Position numbers and translations under genes: made by a program. Shown piece by piece: positions 26,868-34,972 of a stretch of 37,671 nucleotides of DNA. The stretch's first letter is position 1, and every line of letters starts with the position of its first letter. Source of the stretch: a virus (lineage: Duplodnaviria > Caudoviricetes). The stretch spans positions 1-37,671 of the IMG/VR virus record IMGVR_UViG_3300021233_000039; one strand, written 5' to 3'. The notes under the pieces are model-generated. The model ran no database searches, was not told the DNA's origin, and was given only the letters and a program-made list of their open reading frames with translations.

Positions 26868-28394
26868 TTATGCTACGCGGGGGATGTTCCTGCGCAGTGA
26901 CTGCCCCCACTTGTTGCTCGACGCAGAACCAAACGCTCCAGTAATCGCGTCAGATGCAAACGTCAAGCAAAACGCGTCAGCCCTGTCGGGGCTGGCCAGA
27001 CCGCGCTTCCTGATCTCATCCTTGCCCTCAATCTGGATCTTTCCGTTGCTCGTAAACGAATAACGCACAGTGGCCAGCTCCGAAATCAATAGGTCATCCT
27101 TGGGCATGGTGCAGTCGCGCTGCTCCAGCCACGCCTTGGCCTTGTGCCACAACTCGGCCTTCAAGTTCCTATACGTCCCACCCATAGCCGGACTCTCGCT
27201 CACATTAATCCCTCGCGCCGGTAAATTCAACTCGCGCAGCCGGTCAACCACGCCAGCTCCCAAACCAATCGAGTCCACCAATATCTCATGCGGACGCTGG
27301 CTGGGCATCAAAATCTCATACTCAGACACAACCGCACCAGTCAACTGCATCAAATCCAAATTCTTCCACGTCTTAATCGGCTCAAGGACCGCATTGCCCT
27401 GGCGCTTGCACAAAGCAGAACGGTCCGAGCCAAACCTGGCCACATCCAACCCCCACACCAACCTCGCGCTGGGGCTGGGCGTCACGTCCCTCTGTGTGGC
27501 CATCTCCAGCAACTCCATCGGGATCACCGTATCATCATCGGACCTCGGAAACTCACCCAGCACGCGAATCCTGTACGCGTTGCTCTCCTCGCCATAGCGA
27601 GACTTCATCTCCTCAACATACGCATCAGACACCCTGGGCGAGTCCTCGCACGACACCTTCATCGTGATCCAGTCACCCGCCAAACGGTTATGCGTGTCAT
27701 AGAAAAACCCGCTGGAGCGCACAGGATTGCCCAGCAACAACGTCACCGCGCTATGGCCAGACATGGAGCCAGCCGCCGCCTCAAACACCTGCTCCGGTAT
27801 GCCCGACGCCTCGTCAGCCACCAGCATCACGTTATCACTGTGCACACCCTGCAAGGCCTCGGGCTGCTCGGCCCTTGATGTCCTTGCCGAAATAAACGCC
27901 TCATTAGGATGCTCCTTAAACTCAATCCTGTCCTGCTTCACCTCCAATTGCTGCTGCAAGGCATCCGGTAACTGCTTAACCCAGCGCTTCAATTCCGCAA
28001 ACAAGGCGTCATAAAGCTGGCTGCTAGTGGGCGCGGTAAGCACAACCTTCACAGGAAAACGCAAAAACGCATACCAAAGAATCGCCCACGCCGCGCCCGT
28101 TGACTTGCCAACACCGTGGCCAGACCTGACGCTAATCCTGCGCTCGCCTCGCGCAATGTGCATCAAAAACTCCTTCTGCCAGGGGTCGGGCTGCGTATTC
28201 AAAACCTCCTGCACAAAGAGAACAGGGTTGCGGTAATACTTCTTCGCCCACTCAATAAACGGGTTCTTCGCCTGTGCGGGGTCTTGTTGTGTCACATCGG
28301 GGACAGTGGGCTGTTTAGCTGGCACAGTTTTTATTTTTTTTAGGGCGGTGGGCGGTGTCGGGGCAGGGGGTAGGGGGGTCTGGTTAAGGGTCAT
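26868..28394 (-). CDS. terL: Terminase large subunit
   Basis: Walker A SGHGVGKS, Walker B LVADEA, GNP coupling motif, nuclease GLDVAR and SPDRADA. The true start may be downstream of 28394. Confidence 0.95.
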   Translation of the reverse strand: MTLNQTPLPPAPTPPTALKKIKTVPAKQPTVPDVTQQDPAQAKNPFIEWAKKYYRNPVLFVQEVLNTQPDPWQKEFLMHIARGERRISVRSGHGVGKSTGAAWAILWYAFLRFPVKVVLTAPTSSQLYDALFAELKRWVKQLPDALQQQLEVKQDRIEFKEHPNEAFISARTSRAEQPEALQGVHSDNVMLVADEASGIPEQVFEAAAGSMSGHSAVTLLLGNPVRSSGFFYDTHNRLAGDWITMKVSCEDSPRVSDAYVEEMKSRYGEESNAYRIRVLGEFPRSDDDTVIPMELLEMATQRDVTPSPSARLVWGLDVARFGSDRSALCKRQGNAVLEPIKTWKNLDLMQLTGAVVSEYEILMPSQRPHEILVDSIGLGAGVVDRLRELNLPARGINVSESPAMGGTYRNLKAELWHKAKAWLEQRDCTMPKDDLLISELATVRYSFTSNGKIQIEGKDEIRKRGLASPDRADAFCLTFASDAITGAFGSASSNKWGQSLRRNIPRVA

Positions 28395-28529
28395 GGGGAT
28401 ATCTGTTTAGGTGCAGCAGTTGCCGCCCCCGCGAATTGCGCGACGGGGGGGTCGATAACCAGGTGCGCCAGCGCGGCCAGCAGGCGGGAGTTATCCACAG
28501 CGGCCTGTGGATACTGTGGATAAGGTTCG

Positions 28530-28542
28530 TAAGTCGTTGATT
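28530..28542 (-). promoter_or_regulatory. IHF binding site
   Basis: Minus strand AATCAACGACTTA is an exact match to WATCAANNNNTTR. Confidence 0.65.
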
Positions 28543-28586
28543 CCATTGGATTTCTGTCTGTGCGTCTGATTAAATCAATCAAATGT

Positions 28587-28614
28587 ACTTAATACAACAC
28601 CCATTATGTTAAGT
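28587..28614 (+). other. dif-like XerC/XerD recombination site
   Basis: 11-6-11 layout ACTTAATACAA CACCCA TTATGTTAAGT; the right arm is 10/11 identical to the canonical XerD arm TTATGTTAAAT. Confidence 0.8.
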
Positions 28615-28696
28615 TGGACCTTGATTACGCACATGATATCCACAGGCAAAACGCCACGATCGGCCGCTATCCACAGGATTCTGTGCATAACTGGCG

Positions 28697-29137
28697 TCAG
28701 TTGGCAATCTGCGGTGTGGACAACTCGGCATCCTGCACCACTTCGACGTGCCGCAGCGCGTCCAGGCGTAGACCGCCAATGCTGATGTTCACCGCTGGCG
28801 TGCGCTGCTGGGCATAGACGCTAGGCTTCCAGCGCTCTGCGATCCATTGACGCGTCTGGATGCGCACCCGAGCCAGGTTGCTCTCTTCCGGAGAGGCAGA
28901 ATCTGCTATTTCTAGCGTCTCACAGGCCAGTTGATCTGCTGCTCGGGCGCGCGCGCGAGCAATTTTATGCTCGTTTTCGGGCATATCGCACCATATTTCC
29001 AATGCCCTACGCCCTATGCCAAGGTCCTTGCATATGCTTGTCGTTGACTTCCCAGCCTCGAACATGGTCACGATCTGCTCAACAGGTATTGAGTCCAGCA
29101 CCGCGAGATCCTCTCGCTTTTTCTTTTGCCCAGCCAT
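28697..29137 (-). CDS. terS: Terminase small subunit (Sf6 gp1-like)
   Basis: N-terminal HTH; ARAR..A..LA.E.LEIAD...RVRIQTRQWIA..WKP; upstream of terL. Confidence 0.85.
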   Translation of the reverse strand: MAGQKKKREDLAVLDSIPVEQIVTMFEAGKSTTSICKDLGIGRRALEIWCDMPENEHKIARARARAADQLACETLEIADSASPEESNLARVRIQTRQWIAERWKPSVYAQQRTPAVNISIGGLRLDALRHVEVVQDAELSTPQIAN

Positions 29138-29217
29138 TAAAACGCCCTCCAGCGCAATCCATAACCATCAAGCACCATACCCATCACCAGCCCAACAAAA
29201 TCGCTTTTACGCATCAT
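29137..29217 (-). CDS. Possible 26-aa mini-ORF coupling the upstream gene to terS
   Basis: MMRKSDFVGLVMGMVLDGYGLRWRAF; ATGA overlap at the start and TAATG overlap at the end. Confidence 0.4.
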   Translation of the reverse strand: MMRKSDFVGLVMGMVLDGYGLRWRAF

Positions 29218-29861
29218 TTAGCCCCTTTAAAAGCCTTCGTATCAAACAGCTTCGGCTGCTTGCTCGGAGTCGTCATGTCCAAGTCGTTGACCATATCATC
29301 AAAACCACTCGGACCGCCAACCGCCACCAGCTTGCTATCTGGCCACAACTGCTTGATCTCGCTCACCTTACCGCCAGCCTGCTTGGCCAGGATTATCGCC
29401 AGCTCGCTGATGGTCCAGACTTCCCTGTCCGTTGTCCCTGGCCACTGTTGGCAGTAAATTGCTTTTGCTCGCTCATCTGGCACGACAACCAAAACCGAGC
29501 CATCCTCACGCTGGTGCTCGATCTGCCCCACATCAGGCAACTGACTCACCCCATTCGCCCGCGCCCAATCCTCCATAGCCTGGTAAGCCCTGCACATTGA
29601 CTGCACCGCCTTTTCCAGCTTCATCTCGTCCCTTGACTCCTGTGCCTGCCAAACCCTCTGCATTTGCAGCCACACCTTTTCGCGCAACCCGCTATCGACC
29701 AACCAGACAAGCCTATCAATACCCCACTCAGCATCATGGGTATTCTTCCGATTCACAAGCTCCCCCATCACCGCGTTTTTGAACACATCAAACTTGTTCG
29801 CAGGAAAGCTCGGCAGCTCCGGCTGCTTAATTGCCAATGTTTTAACTTTATTTATCGCCAT
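29214..29861 (-). CDS. Hypothetical phage protein
   Basis: 215 aa; GGAG RBS; WGIDRL motif; lies between the primase-helicase and terS. Confidence 0.75.
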   Translation of the reverse strand: MAINKVKTLAIKQPELPSFPANKFDVFKNAVMGELVNRKNTHDAEWGIDRLVWLVDSGLREKVWLQMQRVWQAQESRDEMKLEKAVQSMCRAYQAMEDWARANGVSQLPDVGQIEHQREDGSVLVVVPDERAKAIYCQQWPGTTDREVWTISELAIILAKQAGGKVSEIKQLWPDSKLVAVGGPSGFDDMVNDLDMTTPSKQPKLFDTKAFKGAK

Positions 29862-29915
29862 TCACCACTCCACCAAGAAAACAAAGAAAACTCCGGTTTG
29901 GACCAAACTTTGGGC

Positions 29916-30057
29916 ATTGGCTGAAACGACGGAATGGGACGCGTACTAAGACTTACGCGTCCATTCCGTCGTTTTTCCAGCCAATTTATGCCATACGAAA
30001 TGGTAAATCCATGTCGTTCCATTTCGTAGTCCATTCCGTCCATTCCGTCCATTTCGT
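29916..30057. repeat. Putative replication origin: long inverted repeat plus 9-bp iterons
   Basis: 21-bp arms at 29924-29945 and 29954-29974; eight CCAT(T/G)(T/C)CGT copies in both orientations. Confidence 0.75.
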
Positions 30058-30075
30058 CAACCACCTCAAAACACC

Positions 30076-32061
30076 CTAAAAATCGCCGTCATTTTGATCA
30101 TCATCACCCCAAATCACCCACACCCATGGATCATAAATCTCGATCTTTTTGATCTCTTGGAGCGACAATTTGCTGTCCTTAAACTGCCTGCTAGTCATAG
30201 ATTTGGCCAGGCAGGCATCCTCCCACCGCCCCAAATTGATGCATTTATTACGCTTCCCGTCCACAATTTGCATCTCTCCAAACTCCTTAATTGCCTTGTG
30301 CAGCGCGTCCATCGCCACGGTTTGGTTAGGTCCTGCGCCCTTTCTTGATGGTGGTTTCTTGGTCGGTTTGTGCTGCTCGTCGATGTTTTCCTGGTGCTCT
30401 TTTACCGCCAGAGACAGGTTTTCTCCGAGCCCAAGCGAGCTGTCCTGGCCCTGATTGATGTCTATTTCCACCATCTCAAATCCAAATTTAAGGTTGTCCT
30501 GGCCGTCCTTTTGCTTACTTATGGTGATGATTCCCTGACCTGCCACACCGTCCTTCTTGACTACTTGTTCAAGTTTTAGCAGCTCCAACTGCGTGTCCAC
30601 AGCACCGAGCAGCGAGCTGTGGCCGCGCAATCCTTTGGTCTGGTCCTTGCCACTATGGTGCAAGACCATAAGCGCGCAGTCCAATTTGCGCTGTAGACGT
30701 CCCGCGTTGTGGATAAATGCGCCCATGTCCTGGGAGTCGTTCTCGTTGCCGCCGCCAAACGCCCTGGCCAGCGTGTCAATCTGCACCAGGCGCAGCTCTA
30801 TGCCGGTGCGCTCAATCAGGTTATCTATTGATTCCATGAGCAAATTGAAGTCATCCGCGCTCGATCTCAGGTTGAGCTGGTATCGGATGACGTAGATTTG
30901 CGCCCCATCCCTTGTCTGGTGGTTGATCTTGCACGCCTTGATCCTGGCCCCGATACCGCCGTGACCCTCGCCCGCTATGTATAAGACCGCGCCAGGGTTA
31001 GTTACCTGGTTCCCCATCCACTGGCGTCCCGTGGCCACCGCCTCGGCTATGTCCAGCGCAATAAATGACTTGTAACTGCCTGGTGGCCCATACAGCGCCG
31101 CAAAACCCCTCTCTGGGAGCACGTTCTCGATGATCCAATTTACCGGCTCGTCCTTGATCGTGTCCCACGCCTCGATGTTGAGCAGTTGCGGCGTCGGGTT
31201 ATACGCCTCCTGCTCCGGCTCCTGCAATTGTTCGCTGTTTGTGACTTCAAGCTCTTTCGTGATGACCGGAGCCTGCTTGGCCATCTCCGCAAGCTCCTTC
31301 CTTGTCCCCTTCATGTCGTACACCCACTCGTGTGCGTCGTCACCCTCCACCATGAGATCAAGGTCCAGGTATCGGATCGACTTGGCCACTGGCAGCAAGT
31401 TGGCAATGGCTTTTTTCGCGTACTGCCTGCCTGGCTCGTCGTTGTCTGGTATGACGACCACGTTCGCTCCGGCGAAATACTGCGTGATCTCCTGCGGCCA
31501 ACTGCCTGCGCCCGTGTGCGAAGTCGTGGCTATGGCGCCTATGCTGACCAGCGCGTCGGCTGCCTTCTCGCCCTCCACCAGGTAAATTGCCCTGCCAGCG
31601 GACTTCGCGTCCAGCAGCTCGGGCAGGTTATACGGAACCAGGCGCGTGTCCTTGAGACCCGCGACCCTCTTTCCGCTGGCGTCCACGCGGTGGATTGAGT
31701 ACGTCTTGCCCTTGGCGTCGTTTGTCTTGTATCTGCGCTTGGTAAACAGGATGTCCCCGTCCTCGTTACGATAGACCCACTCCTTCTCCAGGACCGGAGC
31801 CTGGTGCTGGGTAAAGCTGATCTCCTCGCGCTTGGGCGTTGTAGGCAGAAGGTCCCTCGCGCGCACAGCGTCAAATACGTCCCGCTGGTCGCAGCCGCCG
31901 TGGCAATGGAATAGCACCTTGCCGTCTGATTCCGTGATCGACAGGCTTGGGTTCTTGTCCCCGTTTCCCCTGCCGTGGCCAGGCACGGGGCAGGAGGCAA
32001 CCCACTGCCCATTAACCTGCTTGGCGTTACCCAGCGCCTTGGCTATTGTTTCTGTGTCCAT
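30076..32061 (-). CDS. Primase-helicase (Zn-binding + TOPRIM + AAA_25/RepA-like helicase)
   Basis: CPVPGH...D.NPSLS...CHGGC; VEGEKAAD; PDND; Walker A GPPGSYKS; IDTLAR; HHSGK...RGHS. Confidence 0.92.
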   Translation of the reverse strand: MDTETIAKALGNAKQVNGQWVASCPVPGHGRGNGDKNPSLSITESDGKVLFHCHGGCDQRDVFDAVRARDLLPTTPKREEISFTQHQAPVLEKEWVYRNEDGDILFTKRRYKTNDAKGKTYSIHRVDASGKRVAGLKDTRLVPYNLPELLDAKSAGRAIYLVEGEKAADALVSIGAIATTSHTGAGSWPQEITQYFAGANVVVIPDNDEPGRQYAKKAIANLLPVAKSIRYLDLDLMVEGDDAHEWVYDMKGTRKELAEMAKQAPVITKELEVTNSEQLQEPEQEAYNPTPQLLNIEAWDTIKDEPVNWIIENVLPERGFAALYGPPGSYKSFIALDIAEAVATGRQWMGNQVTNPGAVLYIAGEGHGGIGARIKACKINHQTRDGAQIYVIRYQLNLRSSADDFNLLMESIDNLIERTGIELRLVQIDTLARAFGGGNENDSQDMGAFIHNAGRLQRKLDCALMVLHHSGKDQTKGLRGHSSLLGAVDTQLELLKLEQVVKKDGVAGQGIITISKQKDGQDNLKFGFEMVEIDINQGQDSSLGLGENLSLAVKEHQENIDEQHKPTKKPPSRKGAGPNQTVAMDALHKAIKEFGEMQIVDGKRNKCINLGRWEDACLAKSMTSRQFKDSKLSLQEIKKIEIYDPWVWVIWGDDDQNDGDF

Positions 32062-32085
32062 CTATTCGTTCTCGTTTTTCAGAGG

Positions 32086-32117
32086 AAAAAAAAGCCGGTG
32101 GAGATCAGCCCACCGGC
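32086..32117 (-). terminator. Rho-independent terminator after the SSB-like gene
   Basis: GCCGGTGG/CCACCGGC stem followed by a T8 run on the minus strand. Confidence 0.85.
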
Positions 32118-32132
32118 GCGTCAGTCTAACGC

Positions 32133-32693
32133 TTAAAAAATCTCGTCGTCATCCACCATAGTCGCCTTGGGAGCAGCCTTGCGCACTGGTTGCGGCTCTG
32201 GCTCCTCTGCCACAGCATCCAATCCCGCCGGGCGATCAACCCAGCCAGTTAGCACAAAGATAGGTATGCGGGTTGTTCCCTTGCCAATCTTCTCTGCCTT
32301 GGAGTGCCCGTACTGAAACACGGGCAGCTTGCCAGGGTTAGCAGCACGCTCGGCTGCGCAGGCCTTGTACATCAGCTCCAGTCCCATGTTAGGACCCACG
32401 CCGTTGCTGGACCACTCTGCGGCTCCGATCTCCTTGTTGTACAGGACAACTTGAAATCCGCGCTTGTGCTCTGGTGACGGCTGCGGGCCCTTCTTTCCGA
32501 CAGATTCATCCTGCACCCAATCTCGCACACCGACACCCAGCAAGAGCCAACCAGTCTTGATATTGTCGATATCGAACACCACTTTCTTGAGTTCGATCTC
32601 CTCGTTGTTGTTGTTAGTCCAGGCATTGGCCTGGGGCGAGAAACGGATGTAGTTACCAGAGCCGCCACCAGAAGATAGATTTAGCATTTGCAT
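32133..32693 (-). CDS. Probable ssDNA-binding protein
   Basis: Beta-rich; acidic-aromatic C-terminus DDDEIF; between the nuclease and the primase. Confidence 0.6.
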   Translation of the reverse strand: MQMLNLSSGGGSGNYIRFSPQANAWTNNNNEEIELKKVVFDIDNIKTGWLLLGVGVRDWVQDESVGKKGPQPSPEHKRGFQVVLYNKEIGAAEWSSNGVGPNMGLELMYKACAAERAANPGKLPVFQYGHSKAEKIGKGTTRIPIFVLTGWVDRPAGLDAVAEEPEPQPVRKAAPKATMVDDDEIF

Positions 32694-32729
32694 TTAGCTT
32701 TCAGCGTTGATGTGTGACTTACGTCACGA

Positions 32730-33812
32730 TTAAAGGACTGTGCTCTCGCCCAGCCCACGGGATTTAGACAGCGTGAGGCCAGACGATACCTTGCTCGTCA
32801 CGCTATCCAAAACATGTTTCTTGTCCTTGCCCAAAATCTTGTCTGCGGCGGCAGGCGAAATAAGGGACGTCTCGTACAGTTGCGTCTCAGGCACACCCGC
32901 ATCGCGCAGCGCCTGCACCGCGTCGGACTCTTTAGTCCACTGCCTGGTGGCGCGCTTGGGAGCCATCTGCCACCCACGCAGTACACCGCCAGACTCCAGT
33001 GTCTTGGTGGCCTGCTTGCGCAGTGCCGCGATAAAGTCCTCCACCATCTCAGCCTTGTCCAGCAGGTCGGACATCTGCTCTGGCGTGAGCTTGGCCACGT
33101 CGGTGGATACAGGGACCTCGGCCAGTGCCTTGACCTGCGCTGGGCAGATCATCTTGGCGGGGCAGTATTGGCACGCGGCCTTGTCTGGTGTCGGCTGGCT
33201 GCGGCCATCTGCGGCAGATACCACGGCAGGTATCAGCACGTCGTTACGCCAATGGTTTAGCTCGTGGATAGTCATTGTGTGCGTGCGGTTATCGCCCGTC
33301 TGCGGCTGCACGATCGTGAGCCTGATCGTCTCAAAGTCCTTGGCCAGCTTCTTGATGACGCCCAAGGCATAAATCTTCATCTGCGCAGAGTCCGCGTCCA
33401 CCCACTGGCGTCCAGTTTTAAGGTCTGCGATCTCGAGGATTGACTTGTTTAGGTTGTACCCGACCACATCCGCAGTTCCACCGACCTTTGCCAGCAATGT
33501 CTCATACGCGACCCCGTACTGCTCCACCTTAATCGTTCCCAGCTCTGACTGAAGTGCTGCCACTGTACGCACATGAGCCAGGGCAAACTCAGCGTTTTCC
33601 TTGGTGATGACAATGCCCTCAATGGTCTTGCCAATGAAGTCCATCGGGTCCTGGTCCAACTGCCAGCAGGTTTCACTCAGCGCGTGAATGGCTGTGCCTA
33701 TTTTTGCGGCCTCACCCGCTGGCTCGTAGGGCACTTGCAGGGACAGGCGAGCTGATGCTGGGCACGCGATCCAGCGCGCTGCGGATGACGGACGTAGGAT
33801 TAGTTGTTTCAT
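32730..33812 (-). CDS. DUF2800 / Cas4-like PD-(D/E)XK nuclease
   Basis: PSSAARWIACP; GTAIH; GTAD; IADLKTG; QMKIYALG; CQYCPAKMICP. Confidence 0.88.
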   Translation of the reverse strand: MKQLILRPSSAARWIACPASARLSLQVPYEPAGEAAKIGTAIHALSETCWQLDQDPMDFIGKTIEGIVITKENAEFALAHVRTVAALQSELGTIKVEQYGVAYETLLAKVGGTADVVGYNLNKSILEIADLKTGRQWVDADSAQMKIYALGVIKKLAKDFETIRLTIVQPQTGDNRTHTMTIHELNHWRNDVLIPAVVSAADGRSQPTPDKAACQYCPAKMICPAQVKALAEVPVSTDVAKLTPEQMSDLLDKAEMVEDFIAALRKQATKTLESGGVLRGWQMAPKRATRQWTKESDAVQALRDAGVPETQLYETSLISPAAADKILGKDKKHVLDSVTSKVSSGLTLSKSRGLGESTVL

Positions 33813-34006
33813 TCTTGGCTTTCGTTGATGAGTAATTGATACGCCAGGTTGCGCACCTCGGACGTGACGCAGTGGCCAAGGTCCTCAGGGTGCACCAAGC
33901 GCTTTAGGAATTGAGTCTTATCGCGTGATGCATTGCGCTCCTGCTCCAGTTGCGTGGCCAGATATATCGCGTGCTCGCGCAGGGTTTTAAGGTCTTGCTG
34001 GGTCAT
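33809..34006 (-). CDS. Hypothetical protein (65 aa, MTQQDLK...)
   Basis: Internal ATG with ATGA overlaps on both sides. Confidence 0.7.
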   Translation of the reverse strand: MTQQDLKTLREHAIYLATQLEQERNASRDKTQFLKRLVHPEDLGHCVTSEVRNLAYQLLINESQE

Positions 34007-34473
34007 TTGTTTACCTTGAGATACCACGCGCCAATCAGGACAGCATCGGCGCGTCCATCGTCCTTGACGCGTGCAAACGATTTCTGGTGTGATGGATACA
34101 GCTCGCAGGCTCTGGAGCGTGATGCGTCCTTTCCTGCACCACGGCCAATGCCCTTTGTCCACGCGCTGGGCATGACGTAGGTGGAAGGTATGTTGTACGC
34201 CGCCAGGATGCCCTCAATGATTCCCAGGCTGCGCCCAAATGAGAACATTGATGTAACGCCCTGCCCTGGCATTGCAGACACCTTCTCCACCACTACATGG
34301 CGCGGGTCGTACTGAGTGAATATGCCAGCCAGCGCGGACGCTGAAATATGACGCTTGGCCTTGCCGTTGCGCGTCAGCTCGTGCGTTGGCATATCCTCAA
34401 TAGCAATCAAGGCGTCTCCATCAAACACAGCCATGGCGCCATTCAGACCTGGATCTATAGACATCACAATCAT
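34003..34473 (-). CDS. RuvC-like Holliday junction resolvase
   Basis: SIDPG, VVVEKV, FSFG and DGRADAVLI catalytic motifs. Confidence 0.88.
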   Translation of the reverse strand: MIVMSIDPGLNGAMAVFDGDALIAIEDMPTHELTRNGKAKRHISASALAGIFTQYDPRHVVVEKVSAMPGQGVTSMFSFGRSLGIIEGILAAYNIPSTYVMPSAWTKGIGRGAGKDASRSRACELYPSHQKSFARVKDDGRADAVLIGAWYLKVNK

Positions 34474-34679
34474 GCCTGCGCCTTTGCCGCGATCAGCGCG
34501 TCTACGGCCTGCTCCAACTTGGCAATCGAGCTGTACAGCGGGACAGTCTTGCCCGTGCTCCAGCGTGAGAGCTGCGCTGGGTCAACCCCAGCCGCATACG
34601 CGATATCGTTCATCTTGAACCCGTTTTCCTTGGCGCGAAGCCGAATTGCCTCGATTGCCTGCTCAGTTGACGTAATCAT
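34470..34679 (-). CDS. Cro/XRE-family HTH regulator
   Basis: MNDIAYAAGVDPAQLSRWSTGKTVP HTH; first gene of the leftward arm; GGAGG RBS. Confidence 0.85.
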   Translation of the reverse strand: MITSTEQAIEAIRLRAKENGFKMNDIAYAAGVDPAQLSRWSTGKTVPLYSSIAKLEQAVDALIAAKAQA

Positions 34680-34858
34680 TGTGCCTTACCCTCCAAATTG
34701 ACGAATGGCGCAATTCTAGGCGGATTTTTTGACTACAAACACAAATATTTTCGCCTACTTAGGGTAAACACCTAAATAATTCCGTTGATGAGTTAGTCAA
34801 TTCGTGTAGGATATGCACCATCAACAACCCGCCAAACGGCACTTTTAGGAGAGCAACT
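34680..34858. promoter_or_regulatory. Divergent promoter/operator region
   Basis: Rightward TTGATG(34785)-N16-TAGGAT(34807); leftward -10 TAGAAT (34713-34718); palindromes at 34696-34715, 34759-34775 and 34785-34800. Confidence 0.65.
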
Positions 34859-34972
34859 ATGCGATACCGCGAACACTACACCATCCAGCCAGTGACCCGT
34901 AAGTGGGCAGAGATAGCGCTGGCGGTGGCCATTGGGCTGGGCCTTGCAGTCCTTTTCTTTCTTGGAGTATGA
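34859..34972 (+). CDS. 37-aa single-pass membrane peptide, not in the ORF track
   Basis: MRYREHYTIQPVTRKWAEIALAVAIGLGLAVLFFLGV; AGGAG RBS; ATGA overlap. Confidence 0.75.
   Translation: MRYREHYTIQPVTRKWAEIALAVAIGLGLAVLFFLGV

Larger units (their letters stand above)
28491..28723. promoter_or_regulatory. DnaA-box cluster (7 boxes)
   Basis: TTATCCACA 28491; TGTGGATAC 28506; TGTGGATAA 28515; ATATCCACA 28636; CTATCCACA 28667; TGTGCATAA 28682; TGTGGACAA 28715. Confidence 0.85.

Noticed and set aside
28391-28817. Short ORFs 28391-28582 (-) and 28614-28817 (+)
   Set aside because: They run over DnaA boxes and the IHF site and abut the dif-like site; their peptides are better explained as translations of cis elements.
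29852-30064. 70-aa ORF MVDEMDGMDGMD...
   Set aside because: The repetitive peptide derives from the 9-bp iterons, so the region is treated as a non-coding origin.
32730-33812. Cas4 as evidence of a CRISPR-Cas system
   Set aside because: This is a DUF2800-type phage nuclease in a replication module, with no other cas genes or array.
34259-34266. Isolated KOPS-like octamer pointing to dif from the XerD side
   Set aside because: Single occurrences are expected by chance in 37 kb, and it lies in coding sequence.
34003-34473. TnpB/Cas12-like RNA-guided nuclease
   Set aside because: It is only 156 aa with contiguous RuvC resolvase motifs, no Zn finger or REC/WED region, and no adjacent non-coding RNA space.
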